From the human T2T-CHM13v2.0 reference genome, Homo sapiens, in NCBI RefSeq assembly GCF_009914755.1, contig NC_060929.1: a stretch of DNA of 64,000 nucleotides; one strand, written 5' to 3'. The translations under genes were made by a program, and so were the position numbers. This document shows positions 18,646 to 32,775 of the stretch, in pieces. The notes below the pieces were generated by a model. It was not told the origin of the DNA and ran no database searches. It saw only the letters and a list, made by a program, of their open reading frames with translations. The first letter of the stretch is position 1. Every line of letters begins with the position of its first letter.

Positions 18646-20239
18646 TACACCTTTCCTTTTCTCCTGATGGCTCTGTACTGTGCAGTTTAGGTTTCTCTTC
18701 CTGGCAGTTTCTGCTGTTGCTTTTTCTTGGAAGGGAACCTCATTTTGTTTGGAGGTCTCTGATCTTTCTGTGGTCCCCTTGCATTTACCTATGAATTGTA
18801 GCCTATGAAGCTGCTTGCCTATTTTGGTTGTGGTACATTGATGTGGGCTGCTGAATTTGGTGAGTGAGGGGGAGAAGGTATTACCTATAAGCAATTTGAT
18901 TTCTGCATGTTCTGCTTTTAAGACTGTTTCAAATCCCATTCCCTTTTTTATTGTGTCTGATACCATGTGAATCTTGCTGCTGTTGGTATTTGTCCCACTC
19001 CTGAGTATTCATGATGAATACCCGGTCAGTCAATTGTGTTTTATTTTGTGGCCACATTTTGGTTTGGTTTGATCTCTTTGATTTATTCTCCTAGTTGCTC
19101 TGTCTTTTGTGGGGTGAGTATTCAGAGATTTAAAAAAATGTTATGCTTCTTTCATTGCCAAATTGCCCAGAATGCCTCTGCCTTCTTAAAATGAGGATTC
19201 TAAATATGTGAAAGACAACATTTTACGTGATGGGTGATACTTTTGCCTCATTATGGACTATAAGGCAGTCCTAGAGAGGGAGAGATTAAAAATACAGGAG
19301 CAGGACTGAAATACTGGTAGACGTGTTTGTGCCCTTAAGGTGACCAGAAGGCTTGAATACAAAATTATTGGTAGAGAGATTAGCTTTGAACAGGGGAAAA
19401 GGACGCCTTTTTTTTTTTCCCCAGATATGTTCATTTTTAGGTCTGTGGTTAAGAGGCTGAGGAATATCACATTTGGTATTCTCAATTTTCTTAGTAAACT
19501 TTAATTTAACTGTATTTGCTAGAGAAAGGGAGATAAGTTTAGAGGGCTTGAAAAAGGTAGTAAACATTTTGGAATGGTATGAAAAACAGAAGTGATATCT
19601 AACCAAAGACTTGGAAGTAATTGCTAAGTGATGCTAAGGGCCAACCTAAGACTATAAACTTGAAATACTCCAATTTTATGATTTTTAATTTTTTTTTCAG
19701 TTTTGTTTCTTAGCAACTTAGATGTAAGAGCAGTGAAGGTGGTTTTTTTTTTTTATATTGACCTAAGATTAGGGTTTTGTAGGACAAGTATTAGAACATG
19801 ACAAGGAGATAATGTTGTTGAGGCACGATAAGAGAGTGGTTCAAGGGATGCACTGTGTAGTATAGACTGCATAGGGAAAGAAATAACACCATTTTTATGC
19901 TGATGGCTTGGGAGAAAATGGAGGATTCAAGGGAATCTAGATCTCTTGTGGTTCTAGAGCAGGTATGAGGAGAGTGAGAAAGTGTGAACTGGATAGAAGA
20001 TTGAAGCCAAGATATTATATTGGAATTTAAAATTTCAGAGCTAGAGCAGTTCCAGTTTATTGTAAAGACCACATTATAGGAGTGTATACTGATGAAGAAT
20101 ACTGGAGGAAATAAAAGTCCGGAAAGGGAGTATGTTGTGATATGTAGCCCATTTCAGATAGGGAAATCACCTATGTTGATGGCAAGAGTTGGGCTGGAGG
20201 GAAAAGTGTGAACCAGATCAGTAGATAAAAGGGTGGTAG

Positions 20240-20856
<617 letters not shown>

Positions 20857-21115
20857 GATTATTTTTATTACGAAGTATCTGTGACTGTACTTTTCTGTGA
20901 CTTGTATATTTTACTTTGTAAAATTTATGTGTGGTTTTTCAGACCATTCTCTTCCTGTACTTGAGTAATAGTAGCTTTGTTTTGGGAAATATTAAGAAGA
21001 TAATACATACTCCCTTTTAAAATAGTGTCAGTATAATTGATTTATGCTTCTCCATATAGCAATTACTTTTACATTGCTGAACAAAACTTTTACTTTTTTT
21101 TGCGGTGGATTCAAG

Positions 21116-21230
21116 TTGAGTCAGCAGATACTGGAGTTATTTGAAACATGTCAGCAGCAAATAAGTGATTTAAAGAAGAAAGAACTCTGTCGAACACAGC
21201 TGCAGAGAGAAATTCAGCTGTTATTTCCAC
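21116..21230 (+). CDS. TENT2: TENT2 exon D (115 nt): LSQQILELFETCQQQISDLKKKELCRTQLQREIQLLFP(Q)
   Basis: Uncommon ttcAAG| acceptor, CAC|GTATGT donor; lies within ORF 21044..21331. Confidence 0.94.
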
Positions 21231-21369
21231 GTATGTTTCCCTATTTTGCATGTCCTTTAGGTATATGCATTCCTATTTTAAATTTTATCTTTTTTTTTTT
21301 TAATAGGCACAGAACCATGCACCTACTTTAGATTTTAAATACTCTTATTACTTTCTTCTGTTTCTTTAG

Positions 21370-21461
21370 AAAGCAGACTTTTTTTGGTTGGGTCCTCTTT
21401 AAATGGATTTGGTACCCGGAGCAGTGATGGTGATTTATGCCTAGTTGTTAAGGAAGAACCA
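21370..21461 (+). CDS. TENT2: TENT2 exon E (92 nt): SRLFLVGSSLNGFGTRSSDGDLCLVVKEEP; nucleotidyltransferase GS...DxD catalytic motif (D213/D215)
   Basis: tttctttag| acceptor, CCA|GTAAGT donor; Pol-beta-superfamily hG[GS]x9-13DhDh-type signature. Confidence 0.97.
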
Positions 21462-21719
21462 GTAAGTAAGGAAACATTTATTCCAAGTGTGTTTCTCATG
21501 TTAATGAGTTAAGAAATTTTACATAAAAGTCATTGAGGGAAAAAACTTGCTTTGTTGTGATTACTTCTTTGAATTTTGTTTACCATAATTGCAGGAAACC
21601 TAGGTAATTTTTTATTTTTAAGGCATGTGCACAATAAGCATAATAGGAAGTATAGCATTAATTTAATTCTAAGTTTTTAAAGTGAGATGGCTTCACTATG
21701 TGTTTTTTTTTTTTTCAAG

Positions 21720-21782
21720 AGCTCTACCTCTGTTTTGAAATGTCATTAGTTTGGATATGTTACCAGGATGCAGCAAAGAAGA
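21720..21782 (+). other. Candidate 63-nt cassette/poison exon
   Basis: Branch-like cttcAc, T13 tract, cAAG| acceptor, AGA|GTATGT donor, in-frame TAG. Confidence 0.55.
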
Positions 21783-22018
21783 GTATGTGGCAATATTATC
21801 TTCTTGATGTATTTCCTTTCCATTTGAATTCTCACTGATTCTATTTTTAATCTTTACTTTTTTTCTCTTTGAAAATGCTTATTAAGGGAAAATAGATTTC
21901 ACTAAAATTTAAAATAAGACTCGTGTTTATTAAATTTAAAATATTTTTCTCTATGAATGACATTTTGCCTTTGTTTTTTTTTCTTTTTCTTTAGCAACAA
22001 TATTGTGTTAATTTAGTA

Positions 22019-22230
22019 CAGGTTGAGTATTCATTATCTAAAATGCTTGGGACTAGAGTTTTTTGGATTGTAGATTTTTTTTTTTGAATACTTGCATTAT
22101 ACTTAACATTTGAACATCCCTGATGCAAATCTGAAATGCTCCAATGAACATTTCCTTTGAGTATCATGTCAGCACTCAGAAAGTTTCAGATTTTGGATTT
22201 CAGGTTTTTGGATTAGGGATGCTCAACCTG
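22019..22230 (+). mobile_element. Tigger4a/Zombi-type MITE (TcMar-Tigger)
   Basis: TIRs caggttgag...ctcaacctg flanked by TA on both sides. Confidence 0.88.
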
Positions 22231-23096
22231 TAGTATGTTTACCTGAATTTCCTGTTAACTGATACTCCTGTGTATAATACTGTAGTAATTGGTATTCATT
22301 AAGCTGACTTGAGGCAGCCTTTTTAAGATGCTGAGGTTTCTTCTGAACTACCAATGATTAATTAAGCTCAGTGTAATTTTAATATGCCTTATTATGTTTT
22401 ACATCTTTAAAAATACAAAAAATTATTGAGTGTTAATGTATATTTTTACTATTCATATTATTCCACTAGCGAAAATGACTTCTAGTTACTGCAAGTCAGA
22501 AAGAGATTTATTCCAGGAAGAATGATATTTTTCTAGGCTTTGAAATCATATAAAGAGAAAGTTTAAAAAAACTCACATTATAAACAGTGGAGAGTACAAG
22601 GGTTGTAATTAAAACTTTTTCGTGCTGCTAGATTATACTCAAGCACATCCCACTCATCCTCTAGTGTTATTCACATATCTAAATCATGATGTCATAGCTT
22701 TTACACAAACTGAGGCACCATAGATATGAAACTATCCTTGAGCAGCTTAAAATCTAAATAGGGCTAAAATTCTGTTTATTTTTGTTGGAGGTTGCTTTTT
22801 GTACATTTATGCTGAAGGGGAAAATGACATAGATGGCTATTTCAGAATTTCTTTGAAAATTGTGCTTTAAGCTTAAAATCAGGAATTGATTTAGAAATGT
22901 AGATGTGAAAGATAGCATTAAAGGTTGACTTTTTCTGTTATTTAGAAAAATAAATTGAATATACTTTGAGTATATTGAAAAATAACTCCAAAGGAAAGTA
23001 TATCTTGTATGTTTTCTTTTTGTTGAGATACTTTAGGAAAATGAAACATTAAACTTAGAAAGATAATGAAAAAACACTTTATTTTTAACTTTTCAG

Positions 23097-23175
23097 TGTT
23101 TTTTTCAGGTAAATCAGAAGACTGAAGCACGGCATATACTCACCTTAGTCCATAAACACTTCTGTACTAGACTTT
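23097..23175 (+). CDS. TENT2: TENT2 exon F (79 nt; 67 nt with the downstream acceptor at 23109): CFFQVNQKTEARHILTLVHKHFCTRL(S)
   Basis: acttttcag| acceptor, TTT|GTAAGT donor. Confidence 0.93.
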
Positions 23176-24244
23176 GTAAGTCTGACATGCCTCAAGTTTG
23201 TATGTCACCTGACGTAACTTTACTTAAAATGCCTCTTACATTATCTTCTGGTAAGAACTGTTTATTCTGGTCAGGATCAGTATAATATGAATTCTTTTTT
23301 CCAAATGAATTTCTTTTAACTTTTGATGAAAAAGAAGAGTGATCATTTATTCAACATATCTTTATTGCACTTACTGCAAAATATACCACCTGCTGCAGTG
23401 GGGGGGATTCAAAGATATGTAAGTTTTAGTTCTTTTTCTCAAAAGTTTATAGGTTGTTAGGGAAATTAAAGCATGAATATAAATAGTTGTAATACAGAGT
23501 ATCTGTGAAAAGCTAAAAGCCCTATAGGACTTTATATGTGTGAGAGAGAATTTCATCTGGCTTGCAATGATATGCATCTTTACTTGTTTTAAAAATATCA
23601 TCACTGAACATGAGACCTAAATGTATTACTTCAACAGAAAGCTAATTGTTGACTTAAGCCATTTTATTTTACGATTTTACTTTTTGAATACACTGACTCT
23701 AAACATATTTTAATCCACATGTTAAGCCATCTCAAATAATTTCTTTTAAACTTCCATAGAATTTTATAGAAAGTTGAAGTTACACTGTGTGATATTGGAA
23801 AGACACTTGTCCATTTGTTGAACAGACATTCATTATGTGCCAGGCTTTGAGCTGGAAAGTACAAGTCAAGTAACAAGTCACTGTCTTTGAATAACTTACA
23901 TCTGTTCTAGGAGAGAAATAAATGATTTATTTCAGTGGACCTTCTGCATTCTGAATTATTCTGTAAAATAAAGAATAATTCATACCTACTTGAATTTTTA
24001 ATAGCTATTTGAATCAAAATATTAAAAATGGAAGGGCCCTTAAAGATCATGTAATTCACATGAATTTTTTTTTCTTTTTCTTTTGGTTATTTTTAATAGT
24101 TAAGGAAACTGGTGATCAATGGATTTAGTAACTTGCCTGGAGTATAGTTTGTTGGTCTCAGAACCTGTACTTATTACTCAAAACTTTTAACTCCTAATTT
24201 TATTTTTCTGAATTCCTGCTCATAAGTTCTATTTTGAAGCTTGA

Positions 24245-24545
<301 letters not shown>

Positions 24546-25387
24546 TGATATATATTCTGTAATTTTGATGGTAAAACATTGTAACAGAAAATTTTCAGGT
24601 TTTAAAAAATCCCGGTACTACTTTTTCTGTAGTTAAAAAATGAGAAAATTGCTCATTTGGGAAAGATTTTCAGAATTTCATTTTTACACACTTCTGTATT
24701 TTCCTAATTTTCTATGATAAGTATATATTACTTTCAACTCTAATTTTTTAGTTTGATGGAATAAAAATATGTATGTACATTTTATTATATGTTGTATATG
24801 ATATATGTATGTATGTAATACATATCTGTATGTGTATTTGAATTTCCTATCAACTCATACTCCTTTGTATAATAGCACAATAATTGGTGTTCACTAAGCT
24901 GATCTGAATTTTTCACTTGTAGAGATCATGTATATAATATATGTATTTTTCACTCATAGAGATCACACTTATCGAATGCATCCAAGCCCCGTGTATCATG
25001 TTGCAAAGCATTTCCACACATAAGACTCTGTAATTATGATTTCTACAGTTACCATGATACCTTACTGTGTGCTGTACCAAAATTAGCTATTCCCTCTGCT
25101 GCTAGCCTAGATATATTTTCACTCTTACAGTGGTCTAATGAACTTCTCTATAGATACTATATTAGATCACATTCCTGAAAATAACCTTAATATAAAGCCC
25201 CCTAAATGGTATTACTGGAGCCTCCAACCTTAGAAGAATTTGATAATGTCCTCACTTGTATTCTTTTTCAAAGACGTTTTCTTAAATTATTTTAGCTTAG
25301 TAAATACTATTTTTTAAAAAATGTGCGTTGGAACACTGTGAATTCTAGAAACATTTGCAGCTATTCACATTATCTTTTGTCTTTCAG

Positions 25388-25457
25388 CGGGCTACATTGA
25401 GAGACCTCAGCTGATTCGAGCAAAAGTGCCAATTGTGAAGTTCAGGGATAAAGTCAG
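25388..25457 (+). CDS. TENT2: TENT2 exon G (70 nt): GYIERPQLIRAKVPIVKFRDKV(S)
   Basis: tctttcag| acceptor, CAG|GTAAAT donor; AKVPIVKF motif typical of TENT/TUTases. Confidence 0.96.
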
Positions 25458-26127
25458 GTAAATAATTAATGAGCTTTCTTTTTTTAGTTCCTTTAGATCA
25501 TTTTTAGATACTCATCTGATAAAGATAATTAAGAAGTGTATGTTGTAGCATTACAGTTTATTTTAATCAGTTTTTAGAAATCATTTGACTTGGTGTTTGA
25601 AATGGTTTTTTAAAATTGAGCAATACTTTATGCTTAACTGTACTTAGCTATTCTGCTTGACATTTTGAATATGTGAGACTATCTAATTTAAAGAGTACAT
25701 ATTTGTATTTTAGATTTTTAAATGATCTCTTGCCTTTTGGAAGTGTAATGCATTCTGAAGAATATAATTAATGAAATTTGACATGTACTAATATCAAGGG
25801 GTTTGTTTTAAATACAGTTATGATTAAACAAGTTGTGTTTCATTTTTATGAAAGATACATATAATACCTAGAGTAATAGATATGAAAGGAAAACAGCAAA
25901 ATATACTTGTTCCATTTCAAAATTTACATTTATATATTCTACCAGCTTGGGTTCTGAATGTCTTATGGGCATTGGAATTGTTTTGTAAATAGATGTTGAT
26001 TATTTCATTAGTTAAACTGATTTGTTACTGTTTTCTAAAAATAGAATTGTGACAGATTTCATAAAATTTGTCCAGTTTTACAAAATTAATACTGAAATTG
26101 TGCCCACAAACACACACACACACACAT

Positions 26128-26756
26128 TGTTGATCCTTATCATTCATAGTTTGTGTTTTCACGAATTTGCCTACTTGCTAAAAGTTATTTGTAACTGCCT
26201 ACATGAATATTCATACGCTTTTGTGGTCATTTCGTGGACATACACAGAGTAATGAAAATTTCAGATCACCCAATACCATGTTTCCAGCTGAGATAGAATT
26301 AGGTGACACACTGTCTTCTTGTTCAGCTTCATACTGTAAACAAATAACCTTCTCACAGTCTAATTAATGCCATATTTTTCACATTTTTGTGCTTTTTTGC
26401 TATTTAGAATGGCCCCCAAGCATAGTGTGGAGTTACTTTCTAGTGTCCCCAAGTGCAAGAAGGCTGTGATGGTGCCCTATGGAGAAAATATGTGTTAGGT
26501 AGGCTTCGCTCAGGCATGAGTTATAGTACTCTTGGCCATGAGTCCACTGTTAATGAATCAACCGTATATATTAAATACAATGTCTTCAAATAGAAGCACA
26601 GCATAAAACTTGGTTATGTATTGATGAGTTTATGAAAATGTGACCAGGCTGGCAGATACCTAACCCTGTGCTTACCCTAGGAGCAATGGTATAGTATTCA
26701 CTAATTCAGTGTTTGCAGCAACTTTATAGAACGTAGCTACTATGAATGATGACTGA
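26128..26756 (+). mobile_element. MER82-like TcMar-Tigger element
   Basis: gaatttgcctacttgctaaaa...atggcccccaagcatagtg...gcaagaaggctgtgatg...ctaggagcaatggt. Confidence 0.8.
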
Positions 26757-27033
26757 ATATATATATTTTAAACAAACTTTAATGCCTGGCTCAAGCCATT
26801 CCTTTATATATCTAAACATCAATCAGATCTATAAATACTTATTAAATTTCTGCCAAGTAAATTGTGTCAGATTTTCCTAAAGCAGATATAAAATATATAG
26901 GGAGATAAAACATAAAGTTATAATATTAGCTAATTATAAGTTTTTAATAATATATGGTTGTAGTTATAGTTACAAAGGTAGTTTTATTCTTTTTCTATTT
27001 AAGATCATCCTGCAAACTTTTTTTGTTCCTAAG

Positions 27034-27333
27034 CTTTTTTTTTTTTTTTAAGAGACAGGGTTTTACCATGTTGCCCAGGCTGGAGTGCAGTGGCATGATC
27101 ATAGCTCACTGTAACCTCAAATGCCTGGACTCAAGTGATCCTCCCATCTCAGCCTACTGAGTAGGTAGGACAACAGGCACACACCAACACACTTGGTTAA
27201 TTTTTGTATTTTTGGTAGAGACAGGGTCTCGCCATGTTGCCCAGCCTAGTCTCGAACCCCTGGCCTCAAGCAATCCTTCTACCTTAGCCTCCCAAAGTTC
27301 TGGAATTACAGGAGTGTGCCGCTGCACCTGGCC
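27034..27333 (-). mobile_element. AluJ-like
   Basis: Antisense dimer with gatcatagctcactg. Confidence 0.92.
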
Positions 27334-28425
27334 AAATCCTGCTTCCCAACAGAACCATATCTCATGAATATTTGGTTATATCATTAAATAGTGTTCTACA
27401 GCATCATTTTTAATGGCTTTATAGTATTTCATTGAGTGAATAAATTGTCATTAACTTAACCATTCTCCTGTATTTGAACATTTGGTGTGTTTCTGGTTTT
27501 TAGATAATATAAATAAGTATTTTGTGCATAAATGCTTTCCATATTGAGGATCACTTTTTTAGTATTTCTAGAAGTAGTGTTTGAAGCAGGAACTGTGGAT
27601 ATTTTTAAAGCCCTGAATTCAATTTTGGAAAAATTTTTAACTGCAGACTAGTTGCCATCTATGTGTTTTTCTTTTCTATTGAGTTACTATGTGGATGTAG
27701 TACAAATTGGCTTCAGTGTTAGAATTACACAAACACAAAGAATAACTCTATTATTACTGTAAGTTTCCCAAAGCCAAATAACGTATAATATCTGAAGTGT
27801 TAATACTACTATCCATTTTTATTAATATGCATGGATAATGGAAAGATTGTAAGATTTTCTTTTGTTCCACCAAATAAGAAAGACTGAAATGGTAGATTTC
27901 AAATTTTATACTTAAAAGCTATAATTAATATAGAAATATTTTGTTTTTATTTTAGACAGTCTTTTCACAGAAAAAATTAGTATTTAGAAGTTGGGATCTC
28001 GCATAGGTATGAGTAGAACTGACTTACATAAAGTAATCCTTAATTTTTTATGAGTTTAGCCATTTTTTATACATTGCATCATTATTGCCGTATTTTCTAA
28101 ATTATGAACTGCATATATTTGCTTTCAAAGAAGTAATCATTATGTGTTTGAGTAGTATAGATAGCTCTTCCCAGGTATCAATAGCCAAATTTGACATGAT
28201 ACTGTAATTTACTAGCCTTTTTAGAGGAAATATAATGTGTAGACAGAGCTTTTAAATTATTTCCCCTGTATTTAATTTGGCTTTTTATTCCTGTTGTTTT
28301 AAAGTATATGATGCTATAATTCCAGATTATTTGAGAGTGTATAACTTAATGGGATAACTTGCTCAGAAATGTTTTTGGTCACATAGTTTTGTTTATCTGG
28401 AAACTTGTGAGATTTAAAAATTTTC

Positions 28426-28590
28426 GGCTGGATATGGTGGTTCCTACCTATAATACTGGTGATTTGGGAGGCTGAGGTGGGGGAATTGCTTGAGCCCAGG
28501 AGCTTGAGGCTGGAGTAAGCTATGACTGTGCTACTGCACTCCAGCCTAGGCCACAGAGCGAGACTCCATCTCTTTAAAGAAAAAAAAAAA
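28426..28590 (+). mobile_element. Alu monomer (FRAM/FAM-like)
   Basis: Single arm with A tail; TSD gatttaaaaatttt. Confidence 0.85.
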
Positions 28591-28881
28591 GATTTAAAAA
28601 TTTTATTTGGGGTAATTGGAGCCTTAGCAGTATGTTACTGATCTTTCCACTGGAATCTTATTTTATATTTTCAGTACTCATCAGATCACATTGAAATAAC
28701 ATACTGAGTATTTGTTCATTCTTATTTCTTTAGTGTGTCATTTTAAAAACACAGATCTATGGCCTTTGGGCCCATACTATTTTGCATCATGGGATGGATG
28801 AGCATTAATTTAGTTATTAGGAAGGAAGTTTTTTTGTTCTTCAGCTAAAGTTTATTTATTTATTTATTTTTTCTTAAATAG

Positions 28882-28958
28882 TTGTGTGGAGTTTGACTTG
28901 AATGTAAACAATATTGTTGGAATAAGAAACACATTCCTTCTCAGAACTTATGCATACC
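28882..28958 (+). CDS. TENT2: TENT2 exon H (77 nt): CVEFDLNVNNIVGIRNTFLLRTYAY(L); third catalytic Asp (D279)
   Basis: ttcttaaatag| acceptor, ACC|GTAAGT donor. Confidence 0.96.
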
Positions 28959-29326
28959 GTAAGTTTGTTGTTTGTTTATTAAAAATTAGCCTTTTTTTCT
29001 TTATTCATTTTTAAAGATGTTTGGCATAAATAGTGACATCTCTTTAGTTGTGTTTAAGTATAGTGTATCTTATTTTATTTGTATATGTTGCTACACTAAA
29101 ATCATATACTGTCAGTTATAGGTGAATCAAGTGGCATTTTAATAATTGATAATTTTTAAAAGGTAACTAAGGTAAGTTTTAGACATAAGACACAAAGTGA
29201 ACAGACACAGTGTTTAATATACACGGAGACAGTGTTCTTTGTTTTGGTATGGAGCTGGGAAATGATGTAAACTTTCAAAGAAACTATAACGTCTCTTACC
29301 ATGTTAAGTTTTAATTTTACTTTCAG

Positions 29327-29455
29327 TTGAAAATCGAGTTCGTCCGTTAGTGCTGGTGATTAAGAAGTGGGCAAGTCACCATCAGATAAATGATGCCAGT
29401 CGTGGTACTTTAAGCAGCTATAGTCTTGTATTGATGGTTTTGCACTATTTACAAA
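29327..29455 (+). CDS. TENT2: TENT2 exon I (129 nt, symmetric phase 1-1): ENRVRPLVLVIKKWASHHQINDASRGTLSSYSLVLMVLHYLQ(T)
   Basis: tactttcag| acceptor, AAA|GTAAGT donor; K.WA...G.LSSY motif of non-canonical PAPs. Confidence 0.96.
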
Positions 29456-32279
29456 GTAAGTATAATGGGGTTTTACCCAATTTTTAAAAGTAAAAGACAG
29501 CTTTATTATGGTGTCTTCTCTGTTGACCCTATTTTCAAATAGTATTGTTTTAAAAGTTCTTTCTAAGGTCCATGAAACACATTTCCTGTTTTGTTGCTTT
29601 GGACAAATGTTTCAGAAGTGTTATTCCTTGGAAAATATAGAAGTTTCACTGTTTTTTTTTTTATTTTTTGGAAGTTTTTCTATAGTCACTTTTGTTTTCA
29701 AAGAACTTTCACCACTGTATTGTGGACCCATTATCTTGAAGCAGACGAATGTTCAAAAGGCCTATAAAAGTTAGCTCAAGTACTATTCATCATATTTTTA
29801 ATTTTGAATTTGAGACAGGAATTAAATTATTTTCCTGTTGGTTAAAGAAGCTTTTAATCTCTGAGTTGCCCTCCTTAACTAGATTTTATCTTCATAGGGC
29901 TGTTTTATCAGATTGGCTCCCAAATTTTAATTTTGTCTGGTTAGTCATTGTTTATGAGGCCATTCTGGTAAAAGCTATACTTTTGTCGCATGCATAGTGG
30001 CAAACAGTAATAAGTGAACACTTGTAATTTGGACCATTCATAAGTGTGAGAATTTTTACGGTACTGAAAATTTCCTAGACGTATAGGACAGACTGACTGG
30101 ATCTATTTGAAACCCTTACTTTCATATTTCTCAAAAATATCTTACATATGTAGCAATCCAAGAAATAAACATTAAGCTGCTTTATACTTTCTACTTAGCC
30201 TGACACCAAGAGTTGTTAAAAGATGGATGCATCTACTGTTTTGTAGTTATTAGACCAGGAGACTGAGATGTTTAATAACTAACCAACTGAACATATGAAT
30301 ATGTGGTGACATGAAGACCGAGTGAAAGACTTGGTATGAATGTAGTAGAAGACCGTTTGCCAGGATGTCTGGGGCTTGATCTGTTCTGGGTTGGTGATAC
30401 TTCCACAGTTTAGAGTCTTGGTTTCCAAAGATTACAATAATAGGAGAAAACATATTTTAGCATATATAATACTCATTTCTTCATTCTATGAATATGTATA
30501 GAATACCTACCAAATAAATGCTAGGTATTCTAGGATCTGAGAATACAGCAGTGAACAACATACAAAAACAATTACCTTCTTCATGAAGCTTACATTTTTG
30601 ACTTGTAAAATGTCACATTTTCATAGCTGTTACCTACCAAAACGTGAATTATTAAACAACTCACAGATTACTAATAAAATGTGACATTTTTACCACGGTT
30701 GTGAATTGAGCTGCTGATAGAGCACTATCAACATGTGATATGCTCAATAATAATTATTACAGTGTAGTCATTAAAAAAAAGTATTGAAAAATATCCTTTT
30801 ATTGCATTGTTTGGTGCTCCTTGTATTTAGATTCTGAGAGGGATAACAGATAATATTAGCAATTTTGTCAACAGCAGCTTGGGCTTGGAAAGTTGAGATG
30901 ATTTGATGCCCTTATAGCTGTGTTTCTGTACTGAGGATACTGGGAACTGGGAAAAGAAGAAGGCACCTTTCCTTATGCTATAGATCAAAAATGGTTAGGG
31001 TTGGGGATTACAATTTTGTTAACCTAATTCCTGGTAGACTGGGCTTCTTTGGATAGGGATTGGAGGATGATACCCAAATTGAGAATTTCTTTATAGTGAG
31101 TCACTTTTACTAGTATAGGAGGATAGATAGAAGTGGTTGGGACAAAAACAAAGATTGTCTTACCAATGCCTTAAAAAAGAGCAGTTCAGAGGTGAGATTG
31201 GTTGTCAGGAATTCTCTATTTTGTTTCAGAATTATTATGTTTAAAATAATACTTAAAACGTAGTGATATTAAAAGTTATTTTACATTTTAAAATTCATTT
31301 TGAATAAGTTGTGTATACATTTCATAGAAAATCCTGAGAATATACTAAAGTGGACAGAAAAAAAATACATTTCCCATGAATTTTCACACCCAAAAATTGT
31401 TATTGTTAATATTTGTTTTATTTTTTCTGGCTTTTGTTTTTTTTGCAAAGGTTTCAAGATGTTTAGCCAAATATAAATACATAAATGTCAAGTTCAGGTC
31501 TTTTAATTCCAAAAGTTGGGGACAAATAAATAACTGTAAAGGGTGGATGTTCTTTTTTCCTCTACAAAAACATGGTCTTCTTAAATAATGTTCTTACATT
31601 TTCTTTTACCTGTTCATTACATGATTCTCAGACTTTTAGATTTCAAGGAAAGTAATATCCAAAAAAAAAAGAACCAAACTGGAGTTTTTATTTTGCTATG
31701 TTAAGTATTAGAACCAAAAAACTGCTACCAATTACTACCATCACTTCATAAAAGATGGTGCATAAAATACCAAAAAAGCAATGATATAATCTCAGAATAA
31801 TGGACAGACCATCACAAAACAGTCTGATTGTTACACCCTTTCCACTTTTGGCACACACACACACATTTTGATTTTTTTTGTTTATGACAGCTTAGTAACC
31901 TTTCCTCTATGGTGGAGAATTTGGGGAGCATTTTTTCATATTTATCTTAATTGAAGTAGTCTTAGAGCTAGCTAGTTCTCAAGAAAATCTTGATTCTACC
32001 TTTAGACACATCTTCATCCCATCTTTGTCTGGAGATAGGGTGCCATTATTTGACTAAAGTGTTTATGTTAATGTTCTTAATTTCATAGTGTGTCAACCTT
32101 GTCCGTTCTTGGTAATCAAAGTTTTATGGTATACTCCTAGGGTGAAATTGGCATTCTACATTCTTGACAGAATATAATCTTATACTCTGTCCTGTTACTT
32201 ACAGAATTTCACTTGAACATGTATTACAGATGTAGGGATTAATATTCTTAAATTGGCAGTTTTTAATAATGACAAAATG

Positions 32280-32775
32280 GAATACACAATCATGCTGAGA
32301 GTGTTGATTTGGTACAACTCTTTTAGAAAGCAGTGTTGTATATTTGTGTTCATGTCCTTTGACTCAGTTATTTCATTTCTAGAAATTTATCCTAACGTAA
32401 TAATGAGTGGTACATATATGGATGTACATGTAAAGCTATTTTTTTATGGTGTTACGTAAATAATAGAAGATTAGAAGTACTCTTAAATTTTCTAGAATAG
32501 GGGAATGGTTAAATTAATTACGATATACCCTAATATGAGATCTACATAGCCACCAACAATCATGTTTTTAATATATTTAATGATACAAGAAAATGTTCAT
32601 GATATATTCTCATACATCATAATACCAATTTTATTTAAAGATAATAACTGTGTATATATATTTGTATATATACAAATACTGAAAAGGTAGGTGCCAAAAT
32701 TGTATCAGGGTTATTTGTGGACAGTTTAGCAAAGTTCTCTGTACTTCACTATACTTGCAGATGTTTTATAATATA
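32280..32775 (+). mobile_element. Ancient L1ME 3' fragment
   Basis: ggtacaactcttttagaaagcag...cctttgactcagttatttcatttctagaaatttatcct. Confidence 0.65.

Noticed and set aside
21231-21245. GTATGTTTCC donor (and ccttaac at about 48187) as U12-type intron signals
   Set aside because: The U12 donor consensus is RTATCCTT; no such donor occurs at any exon boundary
21462-21471. GTAA|GTAAGG tandem donor after exon E and an acceptor 7 nt inside exon E
   Set aside because: A by-product of the GTAAGT consensus; both shift the frame, and nothing in the sequence indicates regulated use
30707-30749. Hairpin attgagc..tgatag-agca-ctatca..gctcaat
   Set aside because: Short stems with a large bulge; matches no RNA family I recognise
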